Positions 1-9,911 of a stretch of DNA of 32,000 nt are shown piece after piece. The stretch is from Vibrio cholerae ATCC 14035 (lineage in GTDB: Bacteria; Pseudomonadota; Gammaproteobacteria; Enterobacterales; Vibrionaceae). Position numbers and translations under genes: made by a program. The notes under the pieces were generated by a model. It ran no database searches. It had not been told where the DNA came from and worked only from the letters and a program-made list of their open reading frames with translations. The stretch lies in the NCBI RefSeq assembly GCF_000621645.1, contig NZ_JHXR01000027.1:1-32000 (forward strand), read 5' to 3'. Within the stretch, counting starts at the first letter, position 1; every line of letters begins with the position of its first letter.

Positions 1-31
1 TCCGATTTAAATTTTGTTTAACCCTAATGAA

Positions 32-60
32 ATGAGCACTATGGTTAGTGCTCATTTTTA
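32..60 (+). terminator. Terminator-like hairpin at the window edge. It probably ends a + strand gene lying upstream of the window.
   Basis: Perfect 9-bp inverted repeat ATGAGCACT (32-40) / AGTGCTCAT (47-55) with a 6-nt loop, followed by a T-run at 56-59. All three + frames hit stop codons within nt 1-35. Confidence 0.55.
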
Positions 61-806
61 TAGTCTCGATTGCTCATTTCTCGCGGCTCGCTACAACCAT
101 TGTTGATGCCATGGTGTGGATGATCAATAAAGTGATGCTGATTGCGCCGATTGGTGTATTTGGCTTAATGGCTGATGCCGTGGGTACTTTTGGTTTCAGC
201 GCGCTGATGGTGGTGTTTAAGCTGTTCGTCGTTTACGTAGCGGCGATTGCGATTTTTGGCTTTGTGGCTTACCCAGTCATGATCCAACTGTTCAGCAAAA
301 CATCGGCGAAAAAGTTCATTCAAGCAATGAAAAAGCCACAAGCGGTTGCACTGTCTACGGCCTCTTCTATGGCGACACTGCCTGTCACTATGGATACGGT
401 GAAAAACGATCTGGGTGTGCGCAACTCAACGGCTTCTTTCGTACTGCCTTTGGGCGCGACCATCAATATGTCAGGTAACGCGATCTACTACGGTCTGGTG
501 GCTATCTTCTTTGCTCAGCTGTTTAATATTGACCTGAGCATGGGCGCTTACATTGCGATCATCGTGACGGCGACTTTAGGTGCGGTTGGTCAAGCGGGTG
601 TTCCGGGGCCTTCATTCCTTGTGGTGGCGGTTCTGCTCTCTGCCGGTATTCCTATTGAAGGTCTACCACTGCTGTTTGCACTGGATCGTATCTTTGACAT
701 GATCCGTACTGCGCTCAACATTACCGGCGATGCGGCTTGTGCAGTGATTGTGGATTCGATGATCACTGAGGAAGCGGCGGCTGAGCTGGAAAAACGTGAA
801 GCTTAA
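48..806 (+). pseudogene. Dicarboxylate/amino acid:cation symporter (DAACS, sodium:dicarboxylate symporter family). Only the C-terminal ~250 aa are present, so this looks like a 5'-truncated remnant.
   Basis: The translation has typical C-terminal-half DAACS motifs (STASSMATLPVT, LGATINMSGNA, GVPGPSFLVVA, ALDRIFDMIRTALNITGDA). Full-length family members are about 400-420 aa. The in-frame stop at 33-35 and the stops in the other frames exclude an N-terminal half directly upstream. The only start available (GTG at 48) lies inside the hairpin at 32-55. Confidence 0.6.
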
Positions 807-830
807 TCGCTGATCATTATCATTCATAAA

Positions 831-860
831 AAAAGCCAGACATTAACTGTCTGGCTTTTT
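831..860. terminator. Bidirectional rho-independent terminator between the symporter remnant and tdk.
   Basis: Stem GCCAGACA (835-842) / TGTCTGGC (848-855), loop TTAAC. It is flanked by an A-run (831-834) and a T-run (856-860). Confidence 0.8.
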
Positions 861-907
861 CTTTATTGAGTCACGGGCAAATTATCCCGCGAAGGAGATG
901 GGTTCGC

Positions 908-1486
908 TTAGCGTCCCAACGCCTCTTTATAGTGCTGGCGACAGACTGAAACATACTTATCATTACCGCCAATCGCCACCTGATCCCCTTCGCTGATGGC
1001 GTTGCCATGCTCATCGGTACGGATCACCATGTTGGCTTTGCGTCCACAGTGGCAAATGGTTTTCAGCTCAATCAGTTTATCCGCCCATGAGAGTAGATAT
1101 TTACTGCCTTCAAACAGCTCACCGAGAAAATCGGTACGCAAGCCGTAACACAGCACAGGGATATCCAGTTTATCCACTACTTCGGTCAGTTGGTAAACCT
1201 GCTCTTTAGAGAGAAACTGACACTCATCCATCAAAATACAGTGACGAGGTTCAGCCTCATGCAATGTTGCGATCACGTGCAACAGATCGGTATCGGCATG
1301 GAAAAGGTGCGCTTCGGCCTCAAGCCCAATCCGAGAACTCACTTTGCCAACACCAAACCGATCGTCGATCGCGGCGGTAAAAATCAGTGGGTTCATGCCG
1401 CGTTCTTGGTAGTTAAACGCCGATTGCAATAAGGTGGTCGACTTACCCGCATTCATTGCCGAGTAATAAAAGTACATCTGAGCCAA
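908..1486 (-). CDS. tdk: Thymidine kinase.
   Basis: 192 aa. The N-terminus [17 protein letters not shown] matches E. coli Tdk ([17 protein letters not shown]), including the P-loop, and the C-terminal zinc-ribbon cysteines (CHCGRK...VCRQH) are present. The start codon is TTG at 1486, with AGGA 7 nt upstream. The ATG three codons downstream is the alternative start. Confidence 0.95.
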   Translation of the reverse strand: MAQMYFYYSAMNAGKSTTLLQSAFNYQERGMNPLIFTAAIDDRFGVGKVSSRIGLEAEAHLFHADTDLLHVIATLHEAEPRHCILMDECQFLSKEQVYQLTEVVDKLDIPVLCYGLRTDFLGELFEGSKYLLSWADKLIELKTICHCGRKANMVIRTDEHGNAISEGDQVAIGGNDKYVSVCRQHYKEALGR

Positions 1487-1541
1487 AGAAGAAATCCTGT
1501 TTGTATCATTTTACTGTCTGCGCTCTCGTGCCGCGCAGGTT

Positions 1542-1570
1542 AAAAAAAAGGGTGGCTAATGCCACCCTTT
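1542..1570 (-). terminator. Rho-independent terminator of aspS.
   Basis: Stem GGGTGGC (1550-1556) / GCCACCC (1561-1567), loop TAAT. On the minus strand it is followed by a run of eight U (plus-strand A-run 1542-1549). Confidence 0.85.
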
Positions 1571-1582
1571 GCAAGGCGTTGA

Positions 1583-3358
1583 TTACGCTTTATCTTTCGT
1601 TGCAAGCTTGACCGCAATCGCCAACTCTTCGAGGGCGGCAGGGTTTGCCAAACTTGGTGCATCGGTCATTAGACACGCGGCGGCTGTCGTTTTCGGGAAG
1701 GCAATGACATCACGGATGTTTTCCGTACCGCACAGCAGCATCACCAGACGATCCAGACCAAATGCCAGACCTGCGTGTGGTGGCGTACCAAACTTCAGCG
1801 CATCGAGCAGGAAACCAAACTTGAGACGTTGCTCTTCTGGCGTGATACCCAGAATGTCAAATACGGCTGATTGCATTTCTGCGTTGTGAATACGGACTGA
1901 ACCACCACCGACTTCGTAGCCGTTCAATACCATATCGTAAGCGTTTGACAGCGCCTCTTCTGGGTTGGCTTTCAACTGCTCAGGAGAGAGGTTCAGAGGG
2001 GATGTGAATGGGTGGTGCATCGCTGCCACGTTACCTTCATCATCGCTTTCGAACATTGGGAAATCCACGACCCACAATGGAGCCCACGCCGATTCATTAG
2101 TAATACCCAACTCTTTACCCGCTTTCAGACGCAGTGCGCCCAGCGCTTCAGCAACCACTTTGGCAGAATCGGCACCGAACAGAATGATATCGCCAGTTTG
2201 CGCTTGAGTACGCTCGATAATCGCTTGAATGATCTCTTCAGTGAGGAATTTCGCTACAGGCGATTGAATACCTTCCATGCCCGCAGCCAAATCGTTGACT
2301 TTCAGCCATGCCAAGCCTTTTGCGCCGTAAATAGCCACAAATGCGGTGTACTCATCAATTTGTTTACGAGTCAGTGCTGCGCCACCTGGGATGCACAGTG
2401 CAGCAACGCGGCCTTTTGGATCGTTCGCTGGACCAGAGAACACTTTGAAATCGACGTCTTTCAGCAGATCCGCCACATCCACCAACTCCATTGGGTTACG
2501 CAGATCTGGCTTGTCTGAGCCGAAACGACGCATCGCTTCGCTGTAAGGCATGATTGGAAAATCGCCCAGATCCACATTCAGCAGTTCAAGCCACATTTCA
2601 CGAATCATCTTCTCAGTCACTGCGCGTACTTGTTCTGCGGTCATGAAAGAGGTTTCAATATCGATCTGGGTGAATTCTGGTTGACGGTCAGCGCGCAAAT
2701 CTTCGTCACGGAAACATTTTACGATTTGGTAATAACGATCAAAGCCAGACATCATCAGTAGCTGTTTAAACAGCTGTGGTGATTGTGGCAGCGCGTAGAA
2801 ACTGCCTTTGTGTACACGGCTTGGTACTAGGTAGTCACGCGCACCTTCTGGTGTCGCTTTGGTCAACACTGGGGTTTCGATATCAAGGAAACCGTGTGTA
2901 TCCAAGAAACGGCGTACAAAGCTTGAGGCTTTCGCACGCAGTTTAATGCGGTCACTCATCTCTGGGCGACGCAGATCCAAATAACGGTACTTGAGGCGTT
3001 GCTCTTCTGAGTTCTTTTGGTTGAAATCGAGCGGCAGAACATCTGAACGGTTAATGATCTCAAGGCTACGTGCCAACAGTTCTACTTCACCGGTTGCCAT
3101 CTCTTTATTGACTTGGCTTTCTGGACGCGCACGCACTTCACCGGTCAATTTGATACAGAATTCGCTACGCAGTTGGTTAGCCACGGCGAATACATCCGCC
3201 ATATCCGGATCCACTACTACCTGAACAATACCTTCACGATCTCGCATATCAATGAAGATCAGACCGCCTAAATCACGACGGCGATTAACCCAGCCGCACA
3301 GCTCTACAGTTTGTCCTACCAAGGACTTGTTCAGGTGACCACAATAATGGCTACGCAT
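1583..3358 (-). CDS. aspS: Aspartate--tRNA ligase (class II).
   Basis: 591-aa ORF, full length and collinear with bacterial AspRS. It has an N-terminal OB anticodon-binding domain and the class II motifs ([34 protein letters not shown]). ATG start at 3358. Confidence 0.97.
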   Translation of the reverse strand: MRSHYCGHLNKSLVGQTVELCGWVNRRRDLGGLIFIDMRDREGIVQVVVDPDMADVFAVANQLRSEFCIKLTGEVRARPESQVNKEMATGEVELLARSLEIINRSDVLPLDFNQKNSEEQRLKYRYLDLRRPEMSDRIKLRAKASSFVRRFLDTHGFLDIETPVLTKATPEGARDYLVPSRVHKGSFYALPQSPQLFKQLLMMSGFDRYYQIVKCFRDEDLRADRQPEFTQIDIETSFMTAEQVRAVTEKMIREMWLELLNVDLGDFPIMPYSEAMRRFGSDKPDLRNPMELVDVADLLKDVDFKVFSGPANDPKGRVAALCIPGGAALTRKQIDEYTAFVAIYGAKGLAWLKVNDLAAGMEGIQSPVAKFLTEEIIQAIIERTQAQTGDIILFGADSAKVVAEALGALRLKAGKELGITNESAWAPLWVVDFPMFESDDEGNVAAMHHPFTSPLNLSPEQLKANPEEALSNAYDMVLNGYEVGGGSVRIHNAEMQSAVFDILGITPEEQRLKFGFLLDALKFGTPPHAGLAFGLDRLVMLLCGTENIRDVIAFPKTTAAACLMTDAPSLANPAALEELAIAVKLATKDKA

Positions 3359-3649
3359 AGTGAATTTCCCAATCTCAATTAGTCATCAAATTTAACGCTG
3401 AAAGGTCGTGGAGTACTCGACAGACTGCCTATTCAGCAAAGTTCCATTTATACGCCGAAAGAGATTTAAGATCGACCTTCCCACGTACAATTTGTTGTCT
3501 TTTCTTACCCCTTGCTGCTTTTTAACGCAATAATCCCGTCAACCGGAGATTAAAGGCTAACCAGAAGGGAAAAATAGGCGCTGATTATAGCGCTAAAATC
3601 TCGTATTCTTCAAAACTCTCGTGATGATGATTTAAGGAGCTCGAGCAGA

Positions 3650-4519
3650 GTGACGTCCTCTCTTCCCTTGCGACTCGGTTTAACCCTGTGGTCTCACCCT
3701 GCATGGCAGAGTGAGTTTTATGGCAGCGGCACGCAAGCTTCTGAACGCCTTGCGAAATACGCCAGCGTTTTTCACACCGTGGAGGGGAATACCACCTTTT
3801 ACGCGTCGCCCTCGCCCAGTACTGTGCTCAACTGGCGCGCCGCGACTCATGATGACTTTCGCTTCACCTTTAAGCTGCCCAAAAGCATTACCCACCAGCA
3901 TTTACTGCGCGACTGTAAAGAAGAGCTGCTGAGTTTTTTGCGTTTAATGCAGCCCTTGCACGACCGAATTGGCATGTGGACGATTCAGCTGCCCGCCGCT
4001 TTTGGGCCTGAACATCTGGCGCAATTGAAAAACTTTCGAGACTGGTTTCCAGCCGATTTTCCACTGGGCGTGGAGGTGCGTCATTTGGCCTTTTTTGGCA
4101 AAGGCGAAGCGGAAAAAGCGCTCAATCAATGGCTGATTGAGCAAAACATTGATCGCATCATTATGGACAGTCGCCCCGTTTTTTCGGCGCTGCCGAATAC
4201 CGAAGCGGTAATTGATGCGCAGCAGAAAAAACCGAAAGTGCCGGTGCATGCGATTGCCACCGCCAAGCATCCGATGATCCGTTTTATCGGCCATCCTGAG
4301 ATTGAGGCCAACCTACCCTTTTTCGGTGCTTGGCTACATAAACTGCCCGAGTGGATTGCCCAAGGTAAGCAGCCTTATCTAATGATTCATACACCGGATA
4401 ATGATTTCGCGCCTCAGCTGGCGGTGCAACTTTACCAACAATTACAACAGGCTATCGCGCTGCCTGACTTAGCCCCTTTTCCCGTCACACCAGAACAACC
4501 ACAACTGAGCATGTTTTGA
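3650..4519 (+). CDS. DUF72 family protein (YecE-like).
   Basis: 289 aa. The N-terminus (LGLTLWSHPAWQSEFYG) is typical of DUF72/YecE. Its position between aspS and cmoA mirrors the E. coli aspS-yecD-yecE-yecN-cmoA-cmoB neighbourhood. GTG start with AAGGAG at 3634-3639. Confidence 0.75.
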   Translation: MTSSLPLRLGLTLWSHPAWQSEFYGSGTQASERLAKYASVFHTVEGNTTFYASPSPSTVLNWRAATHDDFRFTFKLPKSITHQHLLRDCKEELLSFLRLMQPLHDRIGMWTIQLPAAFGPEHLAQLKNFRDWFPADFPLGVEVRHLAFFGKGEAEKALNQWLIEQNIDRIIMDSRPVFSALPNTEAVIDAQQKKPKVPVHAIATAKHPMIRFIGHPEIEANLPFFGAWLHKLPEWIAQGKQPYLMIHTPDNDFAPQLAVQLYQQLQQAIALPDLAPFPVTPEQPQLSMF

Positions 4520-4569
4520 ACTCACAATCCGGTACGGCTGATTTACCCTAAAGGCGATGTGTTTAATGA

Positions 4570-5385
<816 letters not shown>

Positions 5386-5496
5386 ATCGCTTATTTTGTT
5401 AACTATTTTTGTCATTTATCTTCATGTTAGCGACTCTCTGCGCCACGTATGATCCTGAAGTCATGTGCAGAGAGCATAGTTTAGGTATTTAGCCCC

Positions 5497-6468
5497 ATGT
5501 TCAACTTTGCCAACGTTTACCAACAGATCGCTCAACATCCGCAGTTACAGTTGTGGCTCAACACCCTGCCTCAGCAATTGACGGATTGGCAAGCTAAGCA
5601 GCACGGAGATCTCGATCGCTGGATGCGTAACCTCAAGAAAATTCCGGTCGGTCAACCGGAGGTGATTGATCTGAAAAATGCGGTAGCGGCACACAATCAT
5701 CAGCCACTCGCGCAAGGTGAACAGAAGAAATTGGAAGCGGTGCTCAAAACCTTTCACCCTTGGCGTAAAGGTCCTTACCATCTGCACGGCATTCATATTG
5801 ATACCGAATGGCGATCCGATTGGAAATGGGATCGCTTACTGCCACACATCTCGCCACTGAAAAACCGTTTGGTACTTGATGTGGGTTGTGGCAACGGCTA
5901 TCACATGTGGCGCATGCTGGGTGAAGGGGCGCAGCAAGTGTTCGGCATTGACCCTTCCGAGCTGTTTCTGATCCAGTTTGAAGCGGTACGTAAACTGCTG
6001 GGCGATGACCAACGCGTTCATCTCTTGCCACTCGGTATTGAACAGATGCCGGAGCTCAACGCCTTTGATACTGTGTTCAGCATGGGCGTGCTTTACCACC
6101 GTCGCTCACCACTCGATCACCTGCTGCAACTGAAAAATCAGTTGGTTGCTGGCGGTGAATTGATCCTGGAAACCTTAGTCGTAGAAGGGGATGAACATAC
6201 GGTACTGGTGCCGTTTGATCGCTACGCCCAAATGCGCAACGTCTATTTCTTCCCTTCTGCACTGGCTCTTAAAGTGTGGTTAGAAAAGACAGGGTTTGTC
6301 GATGTGCGTATTGTCGATGAAAATATCACTTCACTCGGTGAGCAGCGTACCACAGAGTGGATGACACACAATTCACTGCCCGATTACGTTGACCCACAAG
6401 ACCCAAGCAAGACCATTGAAGGCTATCCGGCGCCGCGACGTGCCATTCTGATTGCCAAAAAGCCATAA
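5497..6468 (+). CDS. cmoB: tRNA U34 carboxymethyltransferase.
   Basis: 323 aa, the same length class as E. coli CmoB. It has the SAM-MTase motif [11 protein letters not shown] and the conserved HPWRKGP and TEWRSDWKW blocks, and it lies directly downstream of cmoA. Confidence 0.93.
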   Translation: MFNFANVYQQIAQHPQLQLWLNTLPQQLTDWQAKQHGDLDRWMRNLKKIPVGQPEVIDLKNAVAAHNHQPLAQGEQKKLEAVLKTFHPWRKGPYHLHGIHIDTEWRSDWKWDRLLPHISPLKNRLVLDVGCGNGYHMWRMLGEGAQQVFGIDPSELFLIQFEAVRKLLGDDQRVHLLPLGIEQMPELNAFDTVFSMGVLYHRRSPLDHLLQLKNQLVAGGELILETLVVEGDEHTVLVPFDRYAQMRNVYFFPSALALKVWLEKTGFVDVRIVDENITSLGEQRTTEWMTHNSLPDYVDPQDPSKTIEGYPAPRRAILIAKKP

Positions 6469-6515
6469 TTGACACAGTTTTAACTCGCTTATTCGGGTAT
6501 CACGTTACCCTTGGT

Positions 6516-6538
6516 AAAGGATGCGCTAAGCATCCTTT
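6516..6538 (+). terminator. Weak hairpin downstream of cmoB. It may act as a partial terminator or an operon boundary.
   Basis: AAAGGATGC / GCATCCTTT 9-bp stem with a 5-nt loop. There is no extended U-tract beyond the three U in the stem. Confidence 0.3.
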
Positions 6539-6587
6539 GCTATAACTTATCTATACAATCACTCATTAGAAAATAATAAGGTCGCAA

Positions 6588-7325
6588 ATGTTTAAGCGAA
6601 TTGCACCCTTTGCCGCATTGAGTTTGCTTTCGGGCTGCGCACTCACCAATGGCGATGAATACCATCAAGCGACGCTCTCCGCGATTCAAAGCTCTGAAGC
6701 CAATATGACCCAAAAAATGACGAACTTAGAATCACAAATGGGTCTGCAGAATGATTATATTGAAAGCCTTGAAAAACAAATTACTGAGCTAAAAACTCAA
6801 GTTAGCCAAATTAAACTGCCCCCCCCCCCTGCCCCGAAACGAGTCTCCACTGCGAAACCGTCTAATGATCAGAACACCGCTATCAGCAAGCCTCGCCATG
6901 ATGTGGTGCTGGGCGAAATTGAGAGCGTCACCATTGATGCGATTAAGCAAACCTTTGATGCTCGTATCGATACGGGTGCCGCCACCTCATCACTGAACGC
7001 CGTCGATATTGAAGAATTCGAACGCAATGGCAAAAACTGGGTGCGTTTCCACCTCGCTGATGAGAAAAACCCTAAAACAGAGGCTAACTGGATTGAAGCG
7101 CCCGTCTTGCGTTATGTGCGTATTCGTCAATCCACCAACGACAATACCGAGCGCCGCGCCGTTGTCGAGCTTTGGGTAAAACTGGGCTCTATTCATGAGA
7201 AAGCGCAGTTTACCCTCGCCGACCGTTCGCAAATGACACATCCCGTGCTGCTTGGCCGCGAGTTTATCCGTGATATCGCCCTGGTCGATGTCAGTCGCAA
7301 ATACATTCAGACCGAACAAAAATAG
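6588..7325 (+). CDS. Lipoprotein with a C-terminal retropepsin-like aspartic protease domain. The family is usually annotated 'putative ATP-dependent zinc protease' (DUF785, RimB-like).
   Basis: Lipobox LLSG-C (Cys17). A heptad-like linker follows, then a PPPPAP hinge, then ARIDTGAATSSLNA carrying the D-T-G-A protease signature (Asp128, nt 6969-6971). The SD TAAGG lies upstream of the ATG. Confidence 0.75.
   Translation: MFKRIAPFAALSLLSGCALTNGDEYHQATLSAIQSSEANMTQKMTNLESQMGLQNDYIESLEKQITELKTQVSQIKLPPPPAPKRVSTAKPSNDQNTAISKPRHDVVLGEIESVTIDAIKQTFDARIDTGAATSSLNAVDIEEFERNGKNWVRFHLADEKNPKTEANWIEAPVLRYVRIRQSTNDNTERRAVVELWVKLGSIHEKAQFTLADRSQMTHPVLLGREFIRDIALVDVSRKYIQTEQK
6819..6829 (+). repeat. Homopolymeric C11 tract inside the lipoprotein-protease gene.
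   Basis: Counted directly: CTG CCC CCC CCC CCT encodes L-P-P-P-P (aa 77-81). Confidence 0.95.
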
Positions 7326-7333
7326 GCGAGACG

Positions 7334-8842
7334 ATGACTTCGAAAATTCCTTTTTATATTTCTGTCTTTCTGCTCTTTGCTACAGGTATCACATTGAGTG
7401 TTTTGCGCCACCAAGATTATGGTGTGCCATGGACCCCCGGCGAAACTCGTCAAGTCTGGGATATTGAAGCGAGGATCGAGTTTGCAGCGCAAGGGAAGGA
7501 GGCCAAAGTTTCCCTTGCCGCACCGCTCACGCAAGAAGGCTATACCCTGATCAACGAAACCGCGTCCTCCCCGGGCTACGGCATTTCTTACCTGAATACC
7601 GAATCAGGTCGCCGTATTGAGTGGTCGATTCGTCAGGCGAGCGGCCCGCAAACCATCTACTACAAAGCGCAATTTCTGGTCGACCCACAAGCCAAAGCAG
7701 TACAAATTCCGCCAACACAACCGATCACAAAACCCGCCTTTGATGGCCCCGAAGAGTCAGCGGCTATCGCCTTGATCGACAGTGCTTCGCAGCGCTCAGC
7801 AGATCACGTTACCTTTGCTCGCGAGCTGATTAAAGGACTCAACGATAGCGAGAGCCAAAACGCCTCTTTGCTGCTGAATAAAATGAGTAAAGTCGATGCC
7901 ACGCAAAAACTGCTCTCTTACGCACTCGTACCCAATAAAGTGGTCGGAGTGATCCAGTTAGAAGATGGTCGCCGCCGTCAGTCGATTCAGCATATGAATG
8001 AAGTGTGGAATGGCAGCGCTTGGATCCTGTTTAATCCAGAAACAGGCACCCAACCAACACATCCGAATCTTCTGGTGTGGGATGAATCCAACGTCTCTCT
8101 ACTCGATGTGGTCGGTGGGCAAAATAGCCAAGTCATGTTCAGTATGATTTCGCAAAAAGTCTCGCCTCAACAAGCCACCGACAGCAAAGTTGAGGCAGAC
8201 GGTTTACTCAATCTCTCAATCCATAGCTTGCCGCTTGAAGAGCAAGCCATGTTCAAGACCATCATGTTGATCCCGATTGGTGCCTTGATCGTGGTGTTTT
8301 TGCGCGTGATTGTCGGACTCAAAACCTCGGGGACTTTCATGCCCGTCTTGATCGCGGTGGCCTTTGTACAAACCCAGCTCACCACGGGTATTGTCGGCTT
8401 TCTGCTGATTGTAGGCACTGGCTTAATCATTCGTAGTTACCTCTCCAAGCTCAATCTCTTACTGGTTGCACGGATTTCAGCCGTGATCATCACCGTGATT
8501 TTGATTATTTCGGTGTTTACTGTGGTGGCGTTTAAAGTCGGTTTAACCGAAGGCTTAACCATCACTTTCTTCCCGATGATTATTCTGTCGTGGACCATTG
8601 AGCGGATGTCCATTCTGTGGGAAGAAGAAGGCGCTAAAGAGGTGCTACTGCAAGGCGGTGGCTCACTGTTTACCGCTATTTTGATCTATCTGGCGATGAC
8701 CAACACGTATGTACAACACTTAACCTTTAATTTCATTGGGTTACAGTTGGTTGTTCTCGCGGCAATCCTACTGTTGGGAACTTACACCGGTTATCGAATT
8801 TCTGAGCTACGTCGCTTCAAGCCTTTGGTGGAGGAGAAGTAA
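7334..8842 (+). CDS. Membrane protein with one N-terminal TM helix, a ~280-aa extracytoplasmic (inactive transglutaminase-like) domain and a C-terminal 7TM bundle.
   Basis: 502 aa. The hydrophobic segment at aa 5-24 and seven hydrophobic segments between aa ~305 and 490 were read from the translation. The architecture and operon context match the family described as 'inactive transglutaminase fused to 7 TM helices'. It starts 8 nt after the stop of the upstream gene. Confidence 0.7.
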   Translation: MTSKIPFYISVFLLFATGITLSVLRHQDYGVPWTPGETRQVWDIEARIEFAAQGKEAKVSLAAPLTQEGYTLINETASSPGYGISYLNTESGRRIEWSIRQASGPQTIYYKAQFLVDPQAKAVQIPPTQPITKPAFDGPEESAAIALIDSASQRSADHVTFARELIKGLNDSESQNASLLLNKMSKVDATQKLLSYALVPNKVVGVIQLEDGRRRQSIQHMNEVWNGSAWILFNPETGTQPTHPNLLVWDESNVSLLDVVGGQNSQVMFSMISQKVSPQQATDSKVEADGLLNLSIHSLPLEEQAMFKTIMLIPIGALIVVFLRVIVGLKTSGTFMPVLIAVAFVQTQLTTGIVGFLLIVGTGLIIRSYLSKLNLLLVARISAVIITVILIISVFTVVAFKVGLTEGLTITFFPMIILSWTIERMSILWEEEGAKEVLLQGGGSLFTAILIYLAMTNTYVQHLTFNFIGLQLVVLAAILLLGTYTGYRISELRRFKPLVEEK

Positions 8843-9831
8843 TGGGGTTCTCCTTTTCGTTCTCGGATTACACCTCCCCTTTTAAGCTACGCCGCAAAGG
8901 TATCATGGGGATGAATAAGCGTAACCACGCTTATATCGGACGTTACAACGATCGTTCCAAGTACCCTTTAGTGGATGACAAGCTCAAAACCAAGCTGATC
9001 GCTCAACGGGCTGGGTGTACGGTTCCAAAGCTCATCGGCGTGATCAGCAATCAAGCCGAAGTGAAACACATCCATGAAATGGTCAAAGACTGGCCGGGCT
9101 TTGTGATTAAGCCTGCGCGCGGCAGCGGTGGGAAAGGCATTTTAGTCGTCACCTCCCATCAAGCCGGTGTGTATACCAAACCCTCAGGTTCGAACATGAA
9201 TAAAGAGGATGTGGAACGCCACATCAGCAATGCCCTCGCCGGACTTTTCTCTCTTGGCGGCAAAAACGATGTAGCCGTGGTCGAAAACTTAATTCAGTTT
9301 GATGACTGTTTTGAGGGGTTCAGCTATGAAGGCGTACCCGATGTGCGGATTATCGTGTTCAAAGGTTATCCGGTCATGGCGATGATGCGCCTCTCCACTT
9401 CCGCTTCGGATGGAAAAGCCAACTTGCACCAAGGTGCGGTCGGCGTGGGAATTGATATTGCCACCGGTAAAGCGGTGCGTGCCGTGCAATTTAATAAACC
9501 CGTTACTCATCACCCCGATACAGACAAAGAGCTGGCCACCTTAGTTGTACCCCACTGGGAAAGACTGCTGACATTAGCAGCCAGCGCTTGGGAGATGACT
9601 GGATTAGGCTATCTCGGAACCGATATGGTACTGGATAAAGAAGAAGGCCCCATGGTGTTAGAACTCAACGCGCGTCCCGGACTCGCGATTCAGATTGCTA
9701 ATGGCGCAGGACTCTTGCCTCGTTTGCAGCACATTGAAAGTTTAGGTTCTTCACTGATCTACCCAACACCCGCCGAGCGTGTAGCGTATGCAGTGCGTAA
9801 GTTTGGGGTTCACTCACCGATAGCGCAGTAA
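8842..9831 (+). CDS. RimK-related ATP-grasp enzyme (alpha-L-glutamate ligase-like protein).
   Basis: 329 aa. ATP-grasp motifs are present: FVIKPARGSGGKGILVV, DVRIIVFKGYPVMAMMRLS and MVLELNARPGL. The start ATG overlaps the upstream stop (TAATG, 8840-8844). The N-terminal KLRRKGIMGMNKRN block is typical of this clade. Confidence 0.8.
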   Translation: MGFSFSFSDYTSPFKLRRKGIMGMNKRNHAYIGRYNDRSKYPLVDDKLKTKLIAQRAGCTVPKLIGVISNQAEVKHIHEMVKDWPGFVIKPARGSGGKGILVVTSHQAGVYTKPSGSNMNKEDVERHISNALAGLFSLGGKNDVAVVENLIQFDDCFEGFSYEGVPDVRIIVFKGYPVMAMMRLSTSASDGKANLHQGAVGVGIDIATGKAVRAVQFNKPVTHHPDTDKELATLVVPHWERLLTLAASAWEMTGLGYLGTDMVLDKEEGPMVLELNARPGLAIQIANGAGLLPRLQHIESLGSSLIYPTPAERVAYAVRKFGVHSPIAQ

Positions 9832-9861
9832 TCCTGATTTTATTTACCGCGCCAACATGAC

Positions 9862-9888
9862 AAAAGGCTTCCGAATGGAAGCCTTTTT
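9862..9888. terminator. Bidirectional rho-independent terminator between the ATP-grasp gene and serC.
   Basis: Stem GGCTTCC (9866-9872) / GGAAGCC (9877-9883), loop GAAT. It is flanked by an A-run (9862-9865) and a T-run (9884-9888). Confidence 0.85.
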
Positions 9889-9911
9889 CTTGATCTATCA
9901 ACCACATGCCA

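Noticed and set aside
1569-3224. Several 66-168-aa ORFs on the + strand (1569-1889, 1965-2207, 2012-2518, 2346-2546, 2991-3224).
   Set aside because: All lie antisense within the well-supported aspS CDS. Their translations are Arg/Ser/Cys-rich and low in complexity, and they have no SD. These are typical shadow ORFs.
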